Shown one piece after another: positions 35,120 to 48,300 of a DNA stretch of 64,000 nt (positions are counted from its first letter, which is position 1; each line of letters begins with the position of its first letter). Both the position numbers and the translations under genes were made by a program. The notes beneath the pieces are model-generated. The model saw only the letters and a list, made by a program, of their open reading frames with translations. It was not told the origin of the DNA and searched no databases. This stretch comes from Balanoglossus misakiensis (lineage: Eukaryota > Animalia > Hemichordata), in NCBI GenBank assembly GCA_040954595.2, contig CM082598.2, positions 9,563,097 through 9,627,096 of the forward strand, given 5' to 3'.

Positions 35120-36102
35120 GGTAGTTGGAAAGGCTATTTTTGAAGCAAATTCTCTCAATGTTTGTGAATTTATTTTCACAAGTTAGAATAAAGATAATGA
35201 CTTGAAATTTGCAGCATGTATTCTTAACAAACTAAAAAGTGAGGGAAAAATATGACTGTAAAAATATCTGCTAAAATTATGAAATTTGATACGCCTAAAT
35301 ATAAATATTCATAATTTTACAAAATATTGATTGAATCTTGACATGTTTTCACAAATTATTGAATAATTTGTATTCATTTTAATATGAAGCAACCCCTCCA
35401 GCAATGTATGGGACACTTTCAGCAAAAACTTATTTTTTCAAAGTTATCACTCAGGAAAACAGTTTTTGTTGATATTTTGTATACAACTTTAACGTGCTGC
35501 CAAAACACAACGGGAAAACTTATGAAAAAACTGTCCCGTAAAATTGTTCTTTTGGATGTCCCGAGCCTTTCCTGAAAGTTTCATAATAAAAAAAATATCT
35601 GGCATACCAATTCAATCACAAATAAAAACCATTACATTATGGCGAAGGGCAGAAAAGTAGCGAAATACGCAAAGTTTAGCGGCAGTTCACGGCGAAGGAT
35701 CGCATTTATCTGGGTCAAACGCTTTTCCGCTGGCCTTTCGGGTTCCCAAGAAGTGTAAAAATGTCCATAATTTGGCAGCCTTTAATGTACAAGCAAGGCT
35801 ATCAATCGCTGAAAATTGCAAGAATCAGTGTTTGCAAGTTACATTTAAATGCCCTTGGCTAGGGGAACCCGTCCTTGTGCGCATAGCCTAGGAGAAGTCT
35901 TCCCCAAGAGGGCGCTCAAATAAGGCTCCCTAGCTTCCTTGCCAGATGTATGAAATTAGGTATCATAAAACCAGCCATATCTTGTTACACGTTTATTGCC
36001 CCGAATTTTTCATAAGTTGAATTTTTCTCTAATACATTTCTAGATATAAATTCAGTGTTTTTAAATGAAATTTTAACTGACGCCCTAGCCTTTCCAACTA
36101 CC
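35120..36102. mobile_element. Kolobok-like MITE (TTAA TSD)
   Basis: TTAA-ggtagttggaaaggcta ... tagcctttccaactacc-TTAA. Confidence 0.85.
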
Positions 36103-36438
36103 TTAATATCTTTACTTAACATCAATTTTTTATCACAAGTTGGCTATAGTTAAATAGCTTTACCAGTAAAGCAGAACACTGCAAATTTGGACTAATATTT
36201 ACAGCATTTTAAAATTGTGTGTAGTGGTCATAGTTCACTGAAAATTACACCAGAGCACTTTTACATTATTTCAGGTTGTTAATGTATAAACTTTACAACT
36301 GTGATGATAAATGTAATTTAAACTGACTGTTTGATATCATGTAGACTACCCGTTAATCATTGTTCCATTGCCATTGATCAACAACACATGGTTACCCTGT
36401 ATGTTACTTCCACACTATTCTTATTTCAGAAACATTAA

Positions 36439-36667
36439 AGGGACAAAGTCTCTCTCTCACTGCCCTTTTTCCATTATGTTTGATACAAGACACCGTTTAT
36501 GTTAATGTACATGTCGATATATAGTGAATCAACGTTCGACCACACACAACTTCCATCTCACCTGTAAACACTACATACACACGTTACATTAACATAAATG
36601 GCGTCTTGTACCCAACATAATTATTGAACAAAAAGGGCAGCGAGAGAGAGAGAGAGACTTTGTCCTC
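36439..36667. mobile_element. Small palindromic TTAA-flanked MITE (Kolobok-like)
   Basis: TTAA-agggacaaagtctctctctc ... gagagagactttgtcctc-TTAA with long imperfect arms. Confidence 0.75.
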
Positions 36668-37720
36668 TTAATTGGAAGACTTAACTCTGGCAATCAGCAA
36701 AATTAAACCTATTCCTGGAAAGATTAAAACAACTTGCTAAATAATTTAATTTGTCACTATTTATATCATAGTTACAATTTTAGAACTTGCTCCATAGATT
36801 TCAAACAAAATAAACATGTCCAGTTGTTTAACCTAGTGGGACACATTGGATGGATCTTGTATCATCACGGATCATCAATCTGAACTTGTGTAAAATCTGT
36901 TTCATACTTATTACTGACTGTGTTGATGTATATACATCTATATGTATCTGGGACCGGTTTGGATCACTTTTCTTCCTACAAGCTCAACAGATGTGTTTAC
37001 ACATTTTTTTTTGCAAAATTTGTCAACTCTGATCAACATTTAACAAAAAGTGGATGCAAAAAAATCAAATGCACACATTCTAAACTGTATGCTGTACAAA
37101 CAAATTCTTGGTTATGTGATTTAAAGCTGATACATTAAGACACAGGGACAAACACAACCAGGTACAACACAGAAATACTTGGATAACTGAATATTTTACT
37201 GTAATTTGGGTGAATGTCTGTCCAAAACCTTGTGATTTAAATCAAGATCTGATGTACAAGGATGCAAGTTCTCTCACAAGAGACAAAATGACAGCAACTG
37301 CATCCATAATAAGAGTGGCAAAGAAAACAGCCTCGTTATTGCATTAAATATAGTTTGGATCTTGCATTGTTGATGTCTTTTCCTTTTTTTATTTAAAAAA
37401 ACTTAATGTCTTAAAATAGTGATCAGCATATTTATATATATATGTACACGTGTAACCATGACTCCATGATCACAATTATTCAAGCATGATAAACAACATT
37501 AAATATCTAATAAATATACAAACACTCTAAAGAATACACTAAAATATATAATTCATTGCTGACTACAATTTGGAATTTCCATTTCTGTATGAAGTTTGAC
37601 TACTTGACAACAAAACTAGAAAAATCTGGTCAGTCAGACTTCACAACCATTGACGGCCATAGTTTGTATAATGCCGGCAGGCTGGCAATGCCCTTTTGCA
37701 TTCCAGGTGACTTGTCCTTT

Positions 37721-37803
37721 CTATACTGTCACATTAAGGAATGGTGCTACTGTTGTTATGTTACCACTGAAAACTGGCGAGTCAAAATCTTCATAGAGAA
37801 CAC
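37721..37803 (-). CDS. SLC28A3: SLC28 exon 11 (last coding)
   Basis: AG acceptor, phase 1; [27 protein letters not shown] with two N-glycosylation sequons. Confidence 0.85.
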
Positions 37804-39272
37804 CTACAAAAAAAAAATGTAATAAGATGCATTATCATACATGCAACGCCTGTATTTGGCACTTTCTCTTGTTCTCGCACTGAAGATATTTAGGGGTTAT
37901 TACACGAATTTTGGTCGATAACGCGTCGTATTTGAGTGATGTCCGTATTTTGACGAGTACCGCTTCGCAACGAGTCAAAATACGGACATCACCAGAATGC
38001 GTCGCGTTATCGACCAACATTCGTGTAATAACCCCTTTATCATACATGCCTACCTATAAAACAGTACGATTTGCGAAATGCGCCGAGAAAAATGATTTCA
38101 AATTTGAACCGTGCGCCCTGGGCTGGGATCACACGGCAGTAGCCATGTTGTGACATATGGGCGGGGTTGGCAGCTTTCATTACGATGGGCACATATGCAT
38201 TCTAAATAAAATTGTCTACGTTCTCTTTTAAAATATCATGTTATTTACATCATTATCATTAACATGATATTATGAAAGAGGACGTAGACAATTTTATTTA
38301 GAATGCGGATGTGTCCATCGTAATGAAAGCTGCCAACCCCCTTAGAATAATACTGCGGCCTACAGGTTGATCACCTGATTGCATCGCCCTGTCTCGCTTG
38401 GTTATGGACTGCCGTGATCCCAGGGCGCCTGGTTCAAATTTCTGGCTGTGAAATTGTTTTTCTGGGTGCATTTTCGCAAATCGTACTGTTTTATAGGTAG
38501 GCATGTACCGTACTTGCCCGGGTAAGAGCCCCGGGTGCTGGGCCCATAGATTAGCGAAAAAACAGGGGGGGGGGGGGGGGGGGCTTTAGCCCGGACGCAA
38601 CCTCGACATTTATGCAAATGAGGGCCTAGGGACACGAGGAAGGGGTGAATAATGATGCATATAACATGGCCAAACATTTCACGGTCAAACAATGTATTTA
38701 TTAAATAATAAAAAGTTTTTTACCCATAAATCAAATACAGAAAACATATTACAGTCGCCGCCGTTTAATCGGGACACCATGGGCGCAGACAAAACATCCC
38801 GGGACATTGGTAAATGGTCGATCCCACCCATGCATTTAATACTTAGACGTCGACGGACGGACGCACGTAAATACATCGATCTTAATCGTGGCAATCATGC
38901 CTTTCTCTACCAGAATTGTTGAGTGGTTCATTCTCCGAGTCCAAGTCGGGATCTTCCAATTTTGGGTGTTTCGCGTCGAGGACGGAATGAAGCAGCTCCA
39001 CGCGGCCGCTTTGGAAAGCTCCCCGGTGACCTCATACGCGGCAGCGCGTCCATCTACGTGATCGTTGAATTCGAGGCACGGTCCCGAGGGACCTGTCTGA
39101 GGTCATGTTTTCTAGAGCGGCTATATATAACTCAGCGTGGCCAGTCGGCCGTAGTGGGTATGATAATCAGCGCGAAAGTAAATCATCATACATTTTTTTT
39201 TTCACTTTTAGTGCCTTTTTTTGCATTGCACTTTATTAAATTTCCAAGACATTTAATGGATATTCGGCCGAA

Positions 39273-39305
<33 letters not shown>

Positions 39306-42300
39306 TTTAGACCGGATATGGCCTCGATCTTCAAATGGGCCCTAAAACCAGGGGGGGCGTTTGTCCGAGCAGGGGTTTTTACCCGGGCAAGTACGGTATG
39401 ATAAAGTGGTTATTACACGAATTTTGGTCGATAACGCGACGCATTCTCGTGATGTCCGTATTTTGACTCGTTGCTTTGCAATTTGTCAAAATACGGACAT
39501 TACTCGAATACGACGCGTTATCGACCAAAATTCGTGTAATAACCCCTAAATATGACATCAAAGTGACTTGAATATCACTTGCAAAAACATGGACTCTTGA
39601 TCATAGGATCATGGGTTCGAGCCCCAGGCATGGCTGTGGTGTTGTGTCCTTGAGCAAGGCACTTTACTTCTTATTGCTCTCCCCACCCAAGAGTAATGGG
39701 TACCTGGTAGCACAGAGATTGTAATGTGTATGTTTAGCTTTGCTGCGCTTATGGCTGCACATGAGAGCTGTTGTTTGCTCCCCAGGGAGTTGAATTGAAT
39801 TAAATTAGGTCCAATGACCAGGGTTGTTGTAAAAGCGCCTTGAGCACAAAATATTGTGGATATTTGCGCTATATATAAGAACTCACTATTATTATACAAT
39901 TCCCACCTGCAATACATGCTGTCATAAAGCATGCAATAGTGCCAGCTATGAGAGCACGGATAGCCACTTCTGCTAAATCACCCTTTCTTTCTGGACACAT
40001 TGGTGATATTCCACCCAGCTGGATCCCAACGGAGCTGATGTTAGCAAAACCACATAGTGCATATGTTGCAATAACCTCGCCTCGTTTCTGTTGAGAAAAT
40101 AGATAACTAGTTCATAAAATGAAAACAAGAATTGATCTTCATTCTCATACAAGTAGGTTGGATTTATTTTATTATACAATGTACACTTATTGAAACACTT
40201 CCTTACCACGTCACTAAGAATGACAATACTTATATTTCATAATTCATCAGATTAGGTAGGGTACGTCCATCCGTAAAAAAGACCAATTTACGTGAATTTA
40301 GTATCGTGTCATTTTTAACATAACATTGCATGAAAAGTTGTGATTTTTGCCAAATTTACTTTTTTACATAAATCGGTAGGTCTAATACTGACCCACATTC
40401 TGACAAATGCGTCTTGGTGGAAATGGTGCATAATCACCCCAAAATAGCACTTTTCTGAATGAGTCCACAGCTTAAGAAATACCGGTAGGTGTCAACAATG
40501 CAAATGGCCATTTTTCTCAGTTTGCATTTTCGCTGCTTTTGACAACTTCAGAAGAATTTAGTTTTGCTCTGCGTTGGCCGAATCTGCTCAAATTTTAACA
40601 AGGGATTGTGTATGACCCATCTAACAAAACGAAAAATTCTTTAATCGATAAAGTGTCCCTGGTGGGAATAAACTCTGATTCAATACAACTCATCTTGAAT
40701 GGTATATACCAATGGGACCTAAAAATGTTTTTTTAACCCAAAAACGCCACCATTTCCGGGGGTCAATAAAATGTGCAACTCAAACAAAAGTTCAAAAACT
40801 CAGCTTCCAGAATATGTATGGTTTATAGGGGTTTTAACGTTGTCTTTGATGAGAATTAGGCCTCTGAAAAAGTCTGACGGTTTCGTGCAATGCCACCTTA
40901 ATACTTTTGTACAATGAAAATCTGGCGCCCTAGCCTCGCCCGTCTTGTTATCTTTCAATCGAGTCGGCCATCTTTGCCCGGAGATTTTTCTATGGTATTT
41001 CCCCAGACCCTCTTTCTGGAGCACAGTGGAAGAAGCAGAGGGGTCTGGGTATAGGCCAGGTTTGTCTTTACCGCCATCTTGGAAACAAGGTGCTTTGTGG
41101 GATAGAACTGGGGGTGTTTTGGAGGGTCATTACGTAAGTTCTTACGTAAGTTCTTACGTAATGACCCTCCAAACTTACGTAATGACCCTCCAAAACACCC
41201 CCAGTTCTATCCCACAACGCACCTTGTTTCCAAGATGGCGGTAAAGACAAACCTGGCCTATAAACCGAGACTACAGTGTTGAGCGAATTTACTGTTCGCA
41301 TTCACACACGCATGCACACACAACTTACTGAAATTGTTGGGAGTCTTCCTTTAGCTCTATTGTCCAATACTTCTGCCAGTCTAGCATACGCAACAAATTC
41401 ATTGATAAATGTCTTGATACCAATCAGTTCTGCAACAACATGGCAATCTTCCCAGGGTGTTCCCATCAACCAAGCAATAGGCATGAACACATATGAACAG
41501 ATCAACTGCAAACAGAAAGACATAATTAGTATCATGTCAATAGGGGTCATGTGTCATGGCAGTCGAACAAACAGTGGTAGAAAAATTTGTTTCTGACCAA
41601 AAATTGTCTGTAGAAACAGGCTTGTACAAAAACAAAATATGTAAGACAAGAACAGTTTACAAGGAAATGTATCATATGAATTTTCATGGCAGAGATCAAA
41701 CTTTTTGTTGAGATAAAGAAAAGGTGGAGGTCATAGGTGTTTACTTTGTGCTAAGTAGTCAAATCACACTGCATTGTCGGTAAAAAGGTTAAGTAAATCA
41801 CTAGCAGTGTTCTCCCCAGCCCAATTAACAGTATCAGCTCCAATCCTGTTTATTTTTTGCCGATATATGATTTTTCCTGAGCCCAGTCCGAAACCTATTG
41901 TTTTCTTGACGGAGATATTGTCATTTTCCTATTGTAAATGGAATTGCCTATTCACGCCTATGTTGCTTTTTCACAAATGAACGTCTTTTGTTGTAAAATA
42001 AAACAATGTAACAAACATTGCAATCGTTTTGTATGGTTTCGGTCGACATTCACATGTTCGCAGCTCTTTAGCGACTGACTGGAGGTGTGAAACGGAGATA
42101 GAGTTCAGCTAATATACTTTCCCCTCCCATAGCAAAGTGGAAGGTACCGACAACTCACTGAACGGGATCATGCGGTTATCGTTCAGAAAACCATTTTGGC
42201 TTAATTTTCATCCGTTCGTTTCAGTAAAATTGAAAATAAAAATTAACACACAGTATTAGATGGACATGCTGCATTGCGGCCCGTGGAGTTTTCGCTAGTA

Positions 42301-45300
42301 AACTGTTCGCGATTAGATCATGCCGTCGTGGAGTTTGTGGCTGCCATATTTGTTTATGTTTTCTGTGTGTGCAATTTGATTGAGACGCAGTATTATGTAT
42401 GCATGGTAGAGGTAGTTATGTTCAAAGTAACACAACTTGATCTGTCTTTTGAAGCCTGGGGGTTTGCATGCTGCGAATTTCTGTGTGTTCACAGCCAAGT
42501 TGATTGATCGGCCAGCGACTACTTTCACTTGACTAGCCTACATGTACTCCACGTTGCAGTCTCATGTGCGGTATTAATCTGTGTAGCCGCTGTGGGCAGT
42601 ACAACCATCAGAGGGTAGATGGTGTGGAGACTTCGATGATGTACATGTAACTTGATTTTAAAATGAAGTTTTGCAAAAATAATACTTTTCAATGTTTTTA
42701 TGCCATGTTAAATTATTCGTCACTGCCATTTCTTGTCAATAAACTTATAGAAATGTTAGAAGGCAAATTTAATACATGTTAACCCTCAAAGCGCCGCGTC
42801 GATGTATAGATCGACAGGTACTTCCGCATTGTCTGGCCATGTCGATGTATACATCGACAACGTACAGTTGTCAATCACATGAAAATAGGCGAGGCTTATC
42901 TCATATCTGTAGTTCGTGCCATATATGGTAAAAATAATGACGTACTCGGGTCGTAGATGAATGAAACTCATTATAAATTAATTTATTCTGGGCGGGAAAT
43001 GATGTCAGTCAAACGTTCCCGAGAAAAACGATCGTGTTATCGACATGACCTAATTACGTGACCTTTGACAGTATGCGTCCTTCCTTCACTTTGTAAACCC
43101 AGAAGACAGCAAATTTTTCACTGGACATTTTCATGACAGCTACTTCAACAATGATTACGATTTTTGGGGGTTTCATTGACTACAATTTTATACCAATCAA
43201 GGCCATTAGTAATCCCGACCGTGACAACGACTTTGGAGCCGATGTCGAGAGCGGGTGGTCGCGCGCGCGCGATCGCGGGACCCAGCCAACTGCATTGAGC
43301 TGTGGACGCGATGTACGCGCACGGTCCCGGTCAGTCAAACGCGCGCGACCGTGTTTTCGACAGTGTGTCTACATACTTAATATTTATACCTTTGTATCTT
43401 AAAATGTCACTCCTTTGACTTTTGTTTGAAATTCTGTGAAGTTAGAGCAAAATATTTTGGGACATTGAGATTTTGTTGTTACTTGCAAAAAGTCCTGGGC
43501 CTGGGGGGTCGTGTACCTTAGAATTTTAAAGCACTTTAAGGGTCAATTGTTATGTAAACACCTAGGTAGCAAAAACCCATTTAAGGAAGTGAGGTATACA
43601 AGTGATTTTAGCTTACCTCAAATGAGAGCTCATCATATCCAACCATGCCACCTATCCAACTTAGGGCAGCATTCAGAAATTCTAAGAGTGCGATAAATGC
43701 TATGAGATTGGCTGCAATGTTGGCCACTAAAGAAACTGCAGTAGAAGCACCGTTGGATGCAGCTTCTATCACATTTCTCTCACACCTAAAATGTTAATGA
43801 TAAAAAAAGTAAATGAAAAAAATGTAAATGAAAAAAAAAATGAAGACTCCATTTGGTTAGTGTTGGTATATTTAAGTGTTCTATACTTTATCAGTTCTAT
43901 TTGTCTCACATCCAACACAAGGAGCCTTTAGCATTTGGTATGTACATGATATAACATTTTACCATGGAGGGAAATTTGTGGAGTACTTCACAATATGTAC
44001 AAAAGATAGTACTAGCAATAGACATTTGCTTGACTCAGCAAAAAATGACCAAAACAGCTGGTTGCATATGCATAATTATTGAGGAGTAATTTCCTTTGTG
44101 TTCTTTTACTAAGGGCAATTTCCAAGTAACAAGAGGTAATGTTTATGCAATGTAAATGAATTCTGATCATTTTTTTCTATACCCATGCTATCCCCTCTGG
44201 ACACTGAACACAGCAATATGTTTTGAACTTACGATCTTTCCATCTTTTTCAAGACCTGCTCCTGACTCATATAATTGGAATGTTCAATTTCTGGATAGAA
44301 GAGTTTTGCCATGGCTAATGCTGCAGGCGCTGACATCACAGAAGCGGAGATGAGATGCGAAGAACTGATCCCAAATGCAATATATGCTCCCAGTACACTG
44401 CCAGCTATGGTAGCAAAACCACCAGTCATGACAGCATGAAGCTCAGATTTTGTCATATCCTTCAAGAATGGTCGGATCAAAAGTGGTGCTTCAGTCTGCA
44501 AGTAAAAGGATACTGCTGTAATTATACAGTGTTCTCCCTAGAGCAATTAAAGCATGGTTGCCACGCCACTCTTTAAAGTGCATATCTTGCCTTAAAATCT
44601 TATAAGAAGGTTAAAAACTGTTCAATAGAACTCTAATATTTTCCAAAAGTGACAATATTTTTCGGGTATCGATTCTATAATATTCGTTTTGTTCTCATAA
44701 AATGCTTCAAAATCCACCCCGTCCTGAAAAGTCCGAGTACAGATTTGCTGCATTTTGGTCACGTGACGTGAGGTGACAGGAGGTTCCCCTCAGGTAGACC
44801 AGCTTTATTGATGCTCATGGGCGTGATACGGTGCAGGGTGCTTTTCTGTGCAATACCACAATGGGAAAGGGAGTTGTTTGACGTGGTTGCAGCAACACAT
44901 TACCTAGACGGGAGTCACCCGTGTGAGTTCCCCCAAAACCAATGAAAGTCTATGCCACGATCATTGACATCGTACGGTGGATGTGAAGCTGGCGCGGCGG
45001 TGGCCGTAACTGTCAATGCATGACCATTGATCGATAATTGGCCAGGTTCGGTATTGTTATCTTGAGAAGACAATCTGCACCCTAACAGGAAAATAGAAGC
45101 CTGTCGCTGATGGAGTTCCCTTGTAATAACACGCGCGTATTTTGTCTGTTGAGGCAGGGATCAAAAATCGCCAAAAGACCACGATCAGTTATCAATAAGT
45201 TGACATTGTCCAAGATAAGTAGATTTAGACCCAACACTGTAGTCCTAAACCAGGACTCTGGCAATAATCACGGTTTAATCGAGGCAGCAATCATTGTATG

Positions 45301-48300
45301 TGTAGGGCGCCTATACACATCCGCTGCCATTGCAAAGCTTAGCCGTTGCCGGGCCGAGTAGTGTTTTTTTTCATAATCGCATCTCCCCTAGACGATAAGG
45401 TATGTACGTTTATTTTGAAGGGGACGGGGGATCCAGAGTTATACCAAGACTGACCCAGCAAAGCCGTTTAGATCACAGACATGTACGATTATAATTCAAC
45501 AACTGCAATGTACAGTGATAAGTCTGTTGCAAACGTAAATGGGTTCCTCTTGTGACGTCACGGGTATAGGCGAGGCCAAAATAGTTTTTTCTCAGGCCCT
45601 GAACATTTTTAAATTTAACATTTATTAATCCATATGAAAAAAATAAAAGGACACCAGCATTTAACACACAAGGCCAATTATATTACCATGGCCTGTGAGT
45701 CGCATTTTCATTGGTCGAGATGAACGACGTCACTGACCACAAATACTCAGTAATGGTTTGTTTACATGCCCGTAAATCTGAATATTAATATTAACAAACA
45801 GTTCAGTGAATACAACATTTTGCGTAACACTAGTTCCGGGCCACTAGTGGGACATTTTCATAAATTTTGACGGTTTTCTTGAGTTTGTTGGTAATATAAT
45901 GGAAATAACCGACTCCGCCCTGACCATAAATGTTTGTTTATGGGCAAGGGCGGGAGGAAAGTCAAAATTCATGAATTTTTGGCTTTCCTCTCGCCCTTGC
46001 CCATAAACAAACGTTTATGGTCAGGGCGTCGTCCATTATTTCTATATTATTTATTCTGAAACGTGTGTTTCGAGCCAAGAGCTGCTTTTGAGAAGACAAT
46101 AGAACTTAATTAGCATAACAAGCTGAGATGTTAAGAACCGTCTTAATGGTCCCTGTGTGACCCTCATAAAATACATGCAGGCAGCGTGATCTACAGCAAA
46201 AATACTTTTGCCAACTCTGGCTGCCTTAAATAGGTTTTCACTTTGCACTAGGGGGTCAAATCACATGAAAATAATTGCATTTTGGGTAATTCGACAACCC
46301 ACTGTAGTAAGAGATAGAAGAAATGATACGTTTACTGTATTTCATGACTTCCTTTGGTTAATCATTTCTGACATATTAAAGTCAATCAACCTTTTCCACA
46401 TTTTATTTTTTTCTGTTTCAGAATGACCAGTAGCTTATGAACTCCCATTTCTGAAACATGGCAAAAATCGGCCATCTTGAAATTGTGTCGACCATGTGAG
46501 ATTTTTATCACACACTTAGGTAGCTTAAAACCTATTTAAGGTAGGAAAAATTATAGCATGTATTGAAAAAAAATGTCACTTCCTCTTACCTGCCCAATAA
46601 ATATATTCCCAGCAGCATTAAGAGATTCAGTAGCTGAAGTCCTCATAGTAACGTGCATGATCCAGGCAATTTTACTGATGAGAAACTGCATTACACCCCA
46701 GTAATAAAGAATTGAGATAACGCAACTGAAGTAGATGACAACTGGCAGAACCTGAAATGAAGAAAATTATAAATGAGTGACTTGAAAAATGAAAACAGAA
46801 GATTTAGTGCACCATTTACACTTGTTTAAATTTTTTGGGAAATGTTGACATTTTTCTTCGGTGCATGTTTACAGAGATGAAAAATAGCGTCAAGGACACT
46901 GTGGTCCCATTTGAGGATTATGCGGAAACAGTGACACACCAGAATAAAAATTACAGGTGACATTGCAAGCAGATATGATCTTACCATATAGAAATATGGA
47001 ATGTAAAAAAATTAACAAGGAACATGCCCAATAAACTGTCATGTGTCATGGCAGTCTTACAAGTGGTTCTAGAAAAAAAATTGACCACAAATGACCTATC
47101 GGTCAAAAGAGCTCTGCTGACTGTAACCTGGGCAATGATATGAATACCCTAGGTTTTAATCATAACAATTGTATTCTATTGAACAAAACCAAACATAGAC
47201 ATCACAAGTATTTATCCAAATTCAGCTTGATTCATTGTGCTAAAGAAAGAAAGAATTGAATCCTAAAGAACAACATCAAAAGGAAGCACCAAGGTTCTAA
47301 TTTGCATATTCATGACCCCAACAAAATTCCAATTAACAAAATCAGGTAGGGGCACCATAACACACATTCCTACCAAAGTTCAGCTCCATCGTACATGTAG
47401 TTAGGGAGAAGAAGATTTTTTACCAAAAATTCTATTTTTAGATCTAATTTGCATATTTATGACCCCATCATATCCAAATTAACAAAATCAGGTAGAGGCA
47501 CCATAACACACATTCCTACCAAATTTCAGCCCAATCGTACATGTAGTTAGGGAGAAAAAGATTTTTTACCAAAAATTATATTTTTAGATCTAATTTGCAT
47601 ATTCATGACCCCATCAAATCCAAATTAACAAAATCAGTTAAGGGCACCATAACACACATTCCAACCAAATTTCAGCTAAATATGCCAAGTTGTTTTAAAG
47701 AAGAAGATTGAAATACCAAAAGTTGACGGACGACGGACGGACGGACACTTATCAACCTACTGCTACAGCTCGGCTGACACAAGTGACAGCAGAGCTAAAA
47801 AATTGTCTGTACAAACACATATGAGAAGCAACTTCTTTCAGTCAGCCCTGGAACAGACAGACAGACAGACACACACTGACCTGCCACTGGTAATTAAAAA
47901 TTTAATAGCTGGTGGTCTCTGTAACAGCTGGCCTATTAAAGTTATGTAAACATGTCTTAGTTCGGGGTAACAACTCCTTGTAAATAGTAACATTAAAACC
48001 AACTGGACAATTGGTTTAGGAGAAGATTTGCTAACCAAAAACAAAGAAACTTACAAAAAAACTCGCTAAATATTGAATATTTCTGATATCAGAATTGAAT
48101 AAAAGTTGAATTATATCCTAAATTTCAAAGCAATCAGAGAAAAAACAAATTTCAAAGCAATCCAACAAGCAGTTTCACAGAAAATATTTGTTTAAAAGTG
48201 GCAAAAACACAAATATGCAAATATCACCAAAATTGTACAATATCTTACATCAATCACTACAAGGAACATGCTGCCAAATTTCAATGCAATATGACAAGCG

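Noticed and set aside
38923-39345. 140-aa ORF with poly-Gly
   Set aside because: It is inside a MITE; the poly-Gly derives from a G homopolymer.
39590-39630. tRNA gene
   Set aside because: Only a B box and partial arm are present, followed by SINE body and tail; no complete cloverleaf.
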